Source: Octopus sinensis
Lineage: Eukaryota
Direction of reading: 5' to 3'
Assembly: GCF_006345805.1 (NCBI RefSeq)
Contig: NC_042997.1
Coordinates: 172,112,001 to 172,176,000 of the forward strand
DNA: 64,000 bases
The position numbers were made by a program, and so were the translations under genes. The first letter of the stretch is position 1; each line of letters opens with the position of its first letter. Below the pieces are notes generated by a model. It was not told where the DNA came from. It did not search any database and saw nothing but the letters and a program-made list of their open reading frames with translations. Below, one piece after another: positions 11,441 to 21,623 of this stretch.

Positions 11441-12006
11441 TTTGGTTGTCCGGAAAGTTCATGCTAATTTATAGTAGCTTACCTTTCAACATATTTTAGA
11501 ACGTGATTGAGTCCATAAAATAGGATTTGACTACACCTCCATTTAGAGCATAGTTTAAGCTATCTTTTCGTGGAAGAACGTTTATGTTCCTATAACCTGT
11601 TTCAATTCTGTAACCCTTTAAAATGGAAGATAAGAAAGTTCATTTTTGGCACTTGATGCTTTGGGAACCAGACAAAAATTGCTGCAGCTTGGCTGGGATG
11701 TGTTACCCCACCCTCCATATTCACTAGATATTGTTCCTTCAGATTTTCACTTATTCAGGTCTCTGCAGAATAGTCTTAATGGTAAAAATTTCAATTCCTT
11801 GGATGACATAAAAAGATACCTTGATGAATTATTTGCCATGAAACCACCTCAATTCTGGGAAAAGGGCATTTTCAAGTTAAAGGAAAGATGGAGACACACT
11901 GTGCAACAAAATGGTTCGTATTTGGTTGATTAAAAATGTAATTGCAAGTATTTATTGACCTTTTTCTTTCCTTTAAAAATCGGCACGAACTTTCCGGACA
12001 ACCCAA
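11441..12006 (+). mobile_element. Internally deleted mariner (DD34D-type) transposon
   Basis: TIRs TA|TTTGGTTGTCCGGAAAGTTC and GAACTTTCCGGACAACCCAA|TA. The ORF at 11646-11933 has the mariner C-terminus GWDVLPHPPYSLDIVPSDFHLFRSL...GIFKLKERW. Confidence 0.9.
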
Positions 12007-12149
12007 TATTTTCTGAATGGAATGCCAACAGCTCTATCGAACTTGCCCAAAAGACAGTCTTCATGATCATGTTCTCCTTAGAAGACTTAACACTATTGTA
12101 ACATTTCATTTTGAATTGCAGCATTAGAGAATTAGTTTCTGTTTATTTT

Positions 12150-12365
12150 ATATCTTTTACTTGTTTCAGTAATTGGAATGTGACCAAGCTGGGGCACCAC
12201 TTTGAAAAGATTTTAGTCAAACAAATGAACCCCAGTACTAATTATCTTTTGAGTAGAGTACTTATTCTATCAACTCTTTTGCCAAACTTGATTTACAAGG
12301 ACAAAAACAAATTAACACCAGTTGTCAAGTGGTTGGTGGAGTGACAAATACACACACACATACAC
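12150..12365 (-). mobile_element. SINE family B, 3' half
   Basis: Degenerate match to the family B tail. Confidence 0.65.
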
Positions 12366-12384
12366 ACATGCATATATATATTTA

Positions 12385-14117
12385 GAAGGTTGTTTGTTAT
12401 GGTTGGTCTGGTCAGAGAGTAGCCATTGGTTTCACACCAATAAAGTGCTTAGCTGTTTAGGCAATTCATCAGAATCAAATGATCAGAAGACAGTCATTAT
12501 TCCCATATCTGTGGAACACAGTGATTTAGAAATCGCAAATTCTTTTGTACACAAAGTTTGGATTGATTTGGAAGCCTGTGGCCAGAACGTTTCCACTATA
12601 TCAAAGAGGAAAGAAAATATTCTAAATGTTCAAACACCATAAGGACACTGCAGCTTATTCACAGAGTTCAAGACATTATCAATGTTGATCCCAGAAAATC
12701 AATGAATGTAATCACCCCAGAGCCAACAATGGAGTGGACTATTGGAACTGTGTTGCATAGGGACAATTTTTACAAGCCATATCACCTCTGGAGATATGCT
12801 GTGACTGCGAAGACCTGACAAATAAATGAAGTGCATTCATGGCTCACAGGATGGCTTGCTGTGCTTACTTTGGATCATAGGGTGACCTGCTGTGCTTGAG
12901 GAGATCTATTGAGTCAAGTACACCAACATCAAAATAAAAATCAAATAGAAATTGTAGTTGTGATACCTGTGCTGGTGGCACGTAGAAAACACCATCCAAA
13001 CATGGCCGATGCCAGTGCCACCTTGACTAGCATCCATGCCGGTGGCACATAATAAGCACCAACCGATTGTGGACATTGCCAGCCTCCTCTGGCCTCTGTG
13101 CTGGTGGTACGTAAAAAGCACCCACAACACTCACGGAGTGATTGGCGTTAGGAAGGGCATCCAGCTGTAGAAACACTGCCAGATCAGACTGGAGCCTGGT
13201 GCAGCCTCCTGGCTTCCCAGACCCCGGTCAAACCATCCAACCCATGCTAGCATGGAAAACGGACATTAAATGATGCTGATGATGATGATGGTGATGATAT
13301 ATACTGGGTAGAGACCAATTCATGTCTACAAAACACAGGAAGTTCATTTGATTTGTACCAGGAAGTTACTTAACAGGTTAAAATCTTTGATGAACATGGC
13401 ATGCTTTGGTTCTTCTCTGATGAGAAAACTTCATCCAAAAACCAAAAGTCTAATGGAAGAAATAACAGATGGTTGCGTATAGATCTTTCTGATGTCTGCA
13501 GAGTGATGCACTCTAAGTTTCCAACAACTGTAATGACTTTAGGAGTGGTGAGCAATGAAGGTGTTGTCATACCACCTCACATTGTTCCACAGGGTCTTAG
13601 AATTAATGCTGCCGGATATGCTGAAGCACTAAAGACAGTTGTTAAACCCTGGATGGATGAAGTAAATAGTGGAAGGTCGTATATATTTCAACAACACTCA
13701 GTACCTTCTCATGAAGCCCATGTAAAATAAAACAATCAGACGATCTTTACAATCATGTAACATCAAATTTGAGGTTTCCAAACTTAATGAATTTGAATCT
13801 CATGAGCAACTACATTTGGCATATTATTGAAAAGACTAATCAACATCCTCACAATACCATATCTTCAGTGAAGACTTCCACTGTCTATGTGGTGTCTGAA
13901 ATGAATAAAGACCATTTAATGATGACATATTAATGGTTTCAATCCTGCAGTGAAGCAGTCATTGCAGCTGAAGGTGGATTCATCAAATAATCTGATGAAG
14001 AAAGTTTATCAAGAACATGTGCATAATGTTTTATGAAAATACTCTTGAATTTTTGTAAGATTAGAATAATTTTATTGAATTACCAAATATATATCCTCAG
14101 CTATCATTTGCACCCTG
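12385..14117 (+). mobile_element. Degenerate maT/DD37D-like transposon interrupted by an RTE 3' fragment
   Basis: N-terminal remnant RVQDIINVDPRKSM, then WFFSDEK, KFPTTVMTLGVVSNEG and SYIFQQHS. The right end is GCACCCTG|TA. The reading continues across the insertion (YKP|YILGRDQFMS). The left end is approximate. Confidence 0.7.
12781..13298 (+). mobile_element. RTE LINE 3' fragment (second subfamily)
   Basis: ORF-end remnant LWRYAVTAKT, GGTGGCAC-type repeats, the conserved GGCGTTAGGAAGGGCATCCAGCTG box and a (GAT)n tail. Confidence 0.85.
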
Positions 14118-15024
14118 TAGTTTGAAACATATTGTACTGCAACGAAAGTTTTAATTCTTAAGGGACACCAGCAACAACGATAACCACTGTTGTAATAAGA
14201 AGCTTTGTGTGATTACAATCAGTATTAATTTTGAATAGCTAATTATTGCAACATTGATATAAGCAACAATCCAATTCTTGTCTATTTGCAGTTGTTCACT
14301 AGATGATAGATAGCATTTTCCAGAATTCAGCTAACAGAAAGTAGTTTCAAAAGTTTCAACAGATGCTGCACGGATTTAGCTTAATATTAAACTTCAATTC
14401 ATTATTATTTTCATCTTAATGCAAAAGCAATTTTCGTAATTTTCCCATTTAGTGAGATCTTAATAATTATCTCACACTGCAGCTGCACACAGAACTGACT
14501 TAACCATTTAAGCCTCATTAAATTATATATTTTCATTTATAAATGCAGTGATGTAATCTTAATGTCACAAATTTTAATTATTTATAAATTATTACTTGAA
14601 TTATTACTTGACTTCGAATTATTACTTGACTTTGAGTGTGATGTATTGCTTGTTTGCTTGCTTGCATGCTTACTTGCTTATTTATTTATTATCTGATACG
14701 CTCTCTAAAGATAGGTTTAAAGAGTGTATCAGTTCACCAGTTTATAGAAAGTTCTTTCAATAAATAGAATAGGCTGAGAGCTGGAGCAAAAGAACACCTT
14801 CAATACAACGAAGCATGTTAGATAGGAAAATTTGCTTGTTTCTTTAAATTTTCAATAGAATTATTTTCTTGTTTTCCCAACATACATGAGAAATGAAATA
14901 AGTAACTAAATAAATAAATAAATAAAAACAAACGCATTGAGGAAGATGTTTTATGAATGAAATGAAAATACTTATTATACTGTTTCAACATCGTTTTACG
15001 CCTTTTTTTATTTATCAATGTGTG

Positions 15025-15074
15025 TGCGTGCATGCGTGTGTGTGTGTGTGTATCTATGTATATATATATATATA

Positions 15075-15128
<54 letters not shown>
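15025..15128. repeat. (GT)n/(TA)n microsatellite
   Basis: Visible directly in the sequence. Confidence 0.9.
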
Positions 15129-15130
<2 letters not shown>

Positions 15131-16020
15131 GAAAGATTTGAATACTGAAGTTAGAGAATAATGTGAATAATTGGTTACAGAAAGAGAGGAAAGAAAAATA
15201 TTTCTTTAAATGAAAAATACATTACAAGAAAGAGTTTGAAAAAACAATTATTCCTACATTATATTTACCAAATTTTTTTCTGCCAGATTTTATAATTGAC
15301 ATTTTAAATACAGAATTTCCGTGGCTTTTTAATGTAATCAGTCTATTACACAGATAAAATGCAAATAAAATGTCTAATTCAAATGAAAGATACTTTCCAT
15401 TAAACGCAAATAATAAGAAAAATAATAGCGTGCATTATTTTCTCTGAGACTAGTCTTGTTCTTTTTCGCCTTTTTTTTATTAAAAGATGCCACACCATTT
15501 TGTCACTTCTTGTAGGTTCCATCTTCATTTCTACATAGCTAGATTCACTAACATGATTTCTATTACTATTACTCTGCACTTCTGCTTGTCTCCAGCCAGT
15601 TCCTGCTTTTAACAACCTCTGCTCTTTCTAGTCAATGATCGAGCTACTATATGGTTGCATGACCGGCTAGAAATAGCAGTCAAATCTTCTTGAAATCACA
15701 GCCTATTATATCAAAAAATGATATCTTGGATAATTTGATCCTGAATTTCTTTGTACATTGGAAAAAGAGGTGGTAGTCACACTTGGATGCTTTTGATTCC
15801 TGCTTTGCATGATTAGTGTTGACCAGGTGTTTAACGACAGAAACAACAACAACAAAAAACTCAGCAGTTCTGTTTTTCTGACCTTGCATCACTGCTTGCT
15901 CAACCAGGGTTCCTTTACATGAAACAAGATGCCTGATGAAAAATGAGATGGTCATAAACTGGAGCACTTTTGATCATAGATTTGCACACTGAAAGCTGGC
16001 ACAAAACTGAACAACAAATA

Positions 16021-16190
16021 GGCACAGGTGTGACTGCATGGTAAGTAGCTTGCTGACAAATCACATGGTTCCAAGTTCAGTCGCACTGTGTGGCACCTTG
16101 GGCAAGTGTCTTCTACTATAGCCTCGGGCCGACCAAAGCCTCGTGAGTGGATTTGGTAGACGGAAACTGAAAGAAGCCCGTCATATATAT

Positions 16191-16226
<36 letters not shown>

Positions 16227-16440
16227 ATCTTGTGTTTGTCCCCCCAACATCGCTTGGCAACTGATGCTGGTGTGTTTACATCCCCATAACTTAGTGGTTC
16301 GGCAAAAAGGGACTGATAGAATAAGTACTAGGCTTACAAAGAATAAGTCCTGGGGTCGACTTGCTTGACTAAAGGCGGTGCTCCAGCATGGCCACAGTCA
16401 AAAAGACTGAAACAAGTAAAAGAGTAAAGAGTAAAAAGAG
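16021..16440 (+). mobile_element. SINE family B, full length
   Basis: Head GGCACAGGTGTGACTGCATGGTAAG, core GGCACCTTGGGCAAGTGTCTT and (AAAGAGT)n tail. Confidence 0.85.
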
Positions 16441-16701
16441 TAACAATAACAAATACAATGACAGTAATAAGCATTGTCACAACTGCGATGCTTTCATCAT
16501 AGGTTTTATTTTACAATGACTGATCTGGGTCTACATGACATCATCAAAGTTTACTTCAAGCCAATGAGAGAAGGATTGTACATTGGTGAGTAACCTGGTA
16601 GATATAGTAATCAAATTCTCCTCAAATCATGCACTACCATATTAAATCAATAAAGGACACATAGGAAAATATAGACATATGAAAATAAATATACAGATAT
16701 T

Positions 16702-16900
16702 CTTTTATTCTTTTACTTGTTTCAGTTATTTGACTGTGGCCATGCTGGAGCATCACCTTTAGTCAATCAAATTGACCCCAGGACTTATTCCTTGTAAGCC
16801 TAGAACTTTTTACTGAACTACTAAGTTATGGGGTCATAAATACACATCAGTTGTCAAGTAACGGTGGGGGTACAAACACAGACACACAAATATGTATGTA
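16702..16900 (-). mobile_element. SINE family B, 3' half
   Basis: Matches the family B tail. Confidence 0.7.
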
Positions 16901-16924
16901 TGTATATATATATATATATATATA

Positions 16925-17243
16925 TATGGGACAAAAACGCAAAACATTTGGATAGCTAGAGGGTACAAAAACAGACAACAAAACAACCAGATTGACAATA
17001 CAAAGAAAACAAGGATAGGTCATTTGCAGTTTTCTTTCTTCAGTCAAGCACCAGATTATCCTGGCAAATTTGGCTGATTATTCTTGAGATTGCTCCAATC
17101 TGGCCAGCCCCAAGGAAAAACTAAGCTAAAGGCATTAGATTCCTTGGAAGAAAGCAACGAATGTATACTAAAACAAGAACGGAAAAAACAGACAATGTTG
17201 CACAAATATAAATACAATAAAAAATACAATAAAAATAATAATG

Positions 17244-17287
<44 letters not shown>

Positions 17288-17660
17288 AAATAAAATACAA
17301 AATGGGACAAGAACCAAAACATCCGGACAACTAGGTGATACAAAAAGGGACAACAAAACATCCAGATAGACGATACAAAAAGAAAAAACAAGGATGGGTC
17401 ATTCGAAGCCTTTTATCTTTAGTCAAGAACCGGATCATCCTCGCAATTTCAGCTGATTATTCTTGAGATTGCTCCAGCCTGGCCAGCCTCAAGGAAAAAC
17501 TAAGCTAAGAGCATTAGATTCCGTGGAAAAACGTATCAAATGTATACGAAACAAGGACGGAAAAACAGATGATGCTACTCAAATATAATACAAAAATACA
17601 ATAAAAAAACAATAATAATAATAATAACAGGACATAACAACAGGTGTCTTTCGACTGGGG
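16925..17660. repeat. Two diverged tandem copies (about 370 bp) of an unclassified repeat separated by (TA)n
   Basis: The block GCTGATTATTCTTGAGATTGCTCCA...GGCCAGCC.CAAGGAAAAACTAAGCTAA.GCATTAGATTCC is shared at about 17073 and 17452. Confidence 0.75.
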
Positions 17661-18291
17661 ACGAATTGAATTCAGCTGGCATGTGTGGAAATGAAGCCTT
17701 ACGGCAGAGGGAAGAATATCGATGTGGCAGTAACCGTGGTCAGATGCAAAAAAGGACTATAATAAAAAGCAATTACTCAAGGTGTTGTTCTATGGGATTG
17801 AACCTGGGAAGCAAGCTCTTCAACCACAAAGTCTGTACCTATCCTATACACACACAAACACACATACATGCATACATAGCACACACACACATGCGTGCGT
17901 GCGCACACACACACACACACAAACACACATGCACATACATTGAGTGAGCTTATAATCATTAGGTCATATATAGACAAAACATCAGAGAAGAGAAGATGAG
18001 TGGATATGTTCATTAAGGTGTGAAATGAGAGTGACTTATGGTTAGAGATGGGGTAGGAAGTAATATGAGGAAGTATAGGTAGAGCAGTATAATAAGCCTG
18101 TGGATAGATCAGGAAATAGGGAAATGATGTGCAAGATGGGAGAGTTAGGGTGGGAGAGGAACAGAGTGACAGAGATGGAAGTTAGAGGTATGTAGGAGTG
18201 ACTATAATGAATCTGTGATGATGTTGAGAATGATAGCAAAGGCGAAAGGGTGTTAGAGATGAGGTATGTGATTTATGCATGATACAAAATG

Positions 18292-18522
18292 TTTCTTTAT
18301 TACCCACAAGGGGCTAAACATAGAGGGGACAAACAAGGACAGACAAACGAATTAAATCGATTACGTCGACCCCAGTGCATAACTGGTACTTAATTTATCA
18401 ACCTCGAAAGGATGAAAGGCAAAGTCGACCTCGGCAAAATTTGAACTCAGAACGTAACGGCAGACGAAATATGGCTACGCATTTCGCCCTGCATGCTAAC
18501 AGTTCTGCCAGCTCACCACCTT
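18292..18522 (-). mobile_element. SINE family A (OK-like), full length
   Basis: Reverse-complement match to 820-1059 and 44727-44962. Confidence 0.85.
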
Positions 18523-19399
18523 ATCATGTAAGCAGGTCTTTACTGAATCTAGTATCAATTTTTTTATTTCAAAATTTTATGAAAAGCTCAAAGGTTTCAG
18601 AAGGCATCTGATGAGTAGCTGTTATGATTTTTAAGTCAGTTCTTTCGTACCATTTTGATAATCAGTTAATTGCTTAAGATGTTTCATTTGAGTTTCAGAC
18701 AAAACTGGTTATATCATTTGTAGCAATTTAATGCCGAAGAGGTATCATGTGACGAAATACATTTTATTGCCAAGATTTCTGATAATAACTGCCTATATGT
18801 TTATGTGTGCATGCATTTGATCATGAGATTTCATGCAAGAGGAGAAAATATGGGAGATCATAAGGAACGTAATGCTACAGATTAATGACATATTCATAAA
18901 TAAATATCAATAAATTGAAATTTATTTATAAGTGAAAGGTTCTAAACAAACTGCAATTTGTTTCAATTTATCAAGCAAATATAGAATAAGTTCATGTAAG
19001 AGAATATATACCAAAGGAAAAAAAGACTAAGCCACCAGTATTAGTTGATAGCTTGTACCAAACTTTTCAGGTGTCTGTGTAGTCATGAGCAGACATAGAT
19101 ATCTTTTCTACCACATGCTCTGGACGCAAGAGAACATAAAGGATGTGAGATCTGAAGAAAGAGAGAAAGATATACAGGCAGATGGCTGAAATTCATTTCC
19201 AGCAGAGTGAACAGGATCAATGTGAAATGAAGTATCTTGCTCAAGTATACATCTCCTTGATCCAGAAATTGAACTCATGACCTTATGGACCTGAGCTCAA
19301 CACCCTAATTTTTAAGCCACTTGCTTGATTCAGTTATTGGATAGCCATGCAGGAGAACTGCTTTGAGGTGTTTAATCTCACAAATTGATCCCAGAATTT

Positions 19400-19760
19400 A
19401 TTTTTAAGTCTGGTACTTTGTCTATTGGTCTTTTTTACTGAAGCACAGTGTAGGGATGCAAACAAACCAGCACCAGTTGCCAAGTGGTGTGGGGGAACAA
19501 ACACAAAAGCACACACTGACACATACATTCACACATGTTTCTCACACACACACACATATTCAATGGGCTTCTACACAGTTTTCATCAACCAAATTCACTC
19601 ACACACACATATTCAATGGGCTTCTACACAGACTTCATCAACCAAATTCACTCACAAGACATTTGTCAGTCTAGGGCAATCATAGAAGAGACTGGCCCAA
19701 GCTACTGCACTGCTGGACTGAACTAAAAACGCCGTGGCTGCAAAGCAAGCAAGCATCATA
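19400..19760 (-). mobile_element. Degenerate SINE family B with an internal tandem duplication of about 52 bp
   Basis: CACACACATATTCAATGGGCTTCTACACAG...TCATCAACCAAATTCACTCAC occurs twice. Confidence 0.6.
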
Positions 19761-19855
19761 ACCACATGGTCATTTCTCCACCAATAAATTTCACAAAGAT
19801 TTTGTTTAAAAATGATGTGAATATAATGAGATAGAGAGAGATAATGAGAAAGAAG

Positions 19856-20131
19856 TGTGGTGTGGTGATGAGGGAGTGTGACAGAGAGGGAGGGAGCGGA
19901 AGTGGGTCTTGCAGGTCTCGCAGGGCGCATGCGCCGGCGGAAGCGGAAGTGAGAGACAGAACGCACGTGCGGCATCGACCAGGGCAGTCAGACACGAGAA
20001 CGACGCCAAGACGACAAGACGCTAGCAAGTTGGCTCAAGGCGAATCCGGCTTCATCTCTGCAGGTAAGACCAAATTACACTTCTAATTCTTTTCCTTGTT
20101 CTGTTACGCTCCTTTCACCACACTTATCACA
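19856..20131 (+). repeat. 5' LTR
   Basis: Direct repeat of 23701-23976. Confidence 0.97.
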
Positions 20132-20143
20132 AGCTATTTCGGC
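20132..20143 (+). promoter_or_regulatory. Putative primer-binding site complementary to the 5' end of tRNA-Phe(GAA)
   Basis: AGCTATTTCGGC abuts the LTR. Its reverse complement GCCGAAATAGCT equals nt 1-12 of human/Drosophila tRNA-Phe as I recall it. Confidence 0.7.
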
Positions 20144-20184
20144 AAAATAATCACTCGGTTTCGTAAAAATAAAAAATAAAAATT

Positions 20185-20940
20185 ATGCAGACTGCTATGA
20201 TTTCACGCGACCCTATAACACCGTTTTGCGGCGACACCGACGTGGTCGCTTGGTTGAGGAGGGTGAAGTTGGTGGCGAAGCTACACGGCATAGCTGACCT
20301 GGCTAGTTTTATGCCGTTGTATTTGGATGGCCCGGCGTTGGCGTTATATCTGGAGATGGAGGAGACGGACCAACGCAGCGCGGACAAGGTGGAGATCCGA
20401 CTTATGGAGGCCTTCGCGGAAGGAATGTTCGAAGCGTACACTCGACTGGGTAGGATGAGGTGGACAGGACAGCAGGTGGACGTGTTCGCCGGCAAGCTTA
20501 GAAGGTTGGCAAAACTTGCGGGATATGAGGGAGAGTCGCTAGAACGCACAGTCAGGTTAGCGTTCGTGACCGGCTTTCCCGACATCATGTCGGTCGAGCT
20601 ACAGAAGCTCCCGAACGTGCGTTCGATGCCGATGGCCGAGATTATATCACGGGCACGTGTACTGGTGTCGTGCAGCAAGTTGACGTCGGTAGCAGCGACT
20701 GCAACGTCGAAAAGTGGCCCAGCTAGGAGCAACGGAGAGGGGCTGGGGAAAGAACGCATGCGATCGTTTAAGGGACAGTGTTTCCGGTGCCAGGGCCCAC
20801 ACATGGTCCGTGACTGCGCGTCGCCCAAGCCTGAGGTGATTTGCTACCGGTGTCGAGAGCCGGGGCATGTGGCCAGCGAGTGTCTGCGGGGAAACGGACC
20901 GCGGGAGACTACTGCGCCGGTAGTTGTCCCTTTGGATTAG
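20185..20940 (+). CDS. gag: Gypsy Gag with two zinc knuckles
   Basis: Intact 251-aa ORF with CFRCQGPHMVRDC and CYRCREPGHVASEC. Confidence 0.92.
   Translation: MQTAMISRDPITPFCGDTDVVAWLRRVKLVAKLHGIADLASFMPLYLDGPALALYLEMEETDQRSADKVEIRLMEAFAEGMFEAYTRLGRMRWTGQQVDVFAGKLRRLAKLAGYEGESLERTVRLAFVTGFPDIMSVELQKLPNVRSMPMAEIISRARVLVSCSKLTSVAATATSKSGPARSNGEGLGKERMRSFKGQCFRCQGPHMVRDCASPKPEVICYRCREPGHVASECLRGNGPRETTAPVVVPLD
20889..20930 (+). promoter_or_regulatory. -1 ribosomal frameshift signal (G GGA AAC plus stem-loop)
   Basis: The heptamer at 20889-20895 is in gag phase, followed by a 7-nt spacer and the hairpin GGGAGACTAC/GTAGTTGTCCC. The pol frame is -1 relative to gag. Confidence 0.7.
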
Positions 20941-21623
20941 TAGCGGCGCGTTTCTCATCGTTACCTGTGGTCGACATTCTGGTGAAGGGGAAGATGTCGC
21001 GAGCCCTGGTGGACACGGGCTGTACGACGACCCTGATGACCACAGAAGTGGCAGAGACGTGGAGTGGAGGAAGCAGTGTCAGGGCAGTCGACGGAAGAGA
21101 AGTGCACTGCAAAGGGGTTACAGATGCGCAGATTGTGGTGCAGGGACTGCAGCTAACGTTGCGAGCGATTGTGGTCGGTCACTTGGTGGACGAGATCGAC
21201 GTGGTGATGGGGATGGATGCGATCACCCGTCTGGGAGGTGTTACCGTCAACGAGGCTGGCGTAACGTTTGGGCTAGCAGGGAAGCCGTGTAGGGCGAGAC
21301 CACGCACCGACGACAACCGTGAGGAAATGGATGCGGCGCACACCATTGAAGACCAGGATTTTCAGGCTGTCTTTGATGGCGAGAGGTGGACAGTGGAGTG
21401 GCACTGGAAGGGAGAGCCCCCGATGTTAAAGAAGAAAGTGGGCTGCTATCAGCATACTCTAAAAGGAGATGCCAGAAGTGAGTTTGAGGGGGAGGTGGAG
21501 CGGTGGATTAAGGAGGGCATACTGATCCCCTGGGAAAAAGAAGAGAGCGGAGTCCTGCCACTGATGGCGGTGATACAGCCCACAAAGCGTAAGGTCGGCA
21601 TACCTTCAGGTTCATGTGGCTGA
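20889..21623 (+). CDS. pol: Gypsy Pol N-terminal part: aspartic protease and start of RT, frameshifted by a deletion near 21597
   Basis: ALVDTGCTTTL, VVMGMDAI and WIKEGILIPW; the frame breaks after QPTKRKV. Confidence 0.88.
   Translation, partial: GKRTAGDYCAGSCPFGLVAARFSSLPVVDILVKGKMSRALVDTGCTTTLMTTEVAETWSGGSSVRAVDGREVHCKGVTDAQIVVQGLQLTLRAIVVGHLVDEIDVVMGMDAITRLGGVTVNEAGVTFGLAGKPCRARPRTDDNREEMDAAHTIEDQDFQAVFDGERWTVEWHWKGEPPMLKKKVGCYQHTLKGDARSEFEGEVERWIKEGILIPWEKEESGVLPLMAVIQPTKRKVGIPSGSCG

Noticed and set aside
17020-17500. Hammerhead in the tandem units of about 370 bp (minus strand)
   Set aside because: CTGAAGA and GGCTG/CAGC-GAAA fragments exist but not together in a complete core in either copy.
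18000-18260. Purine-rich tract resembling a decayed LINE endonuclease on the minus strand
   Set aside because: No diagnostic catalytic motif is retained.
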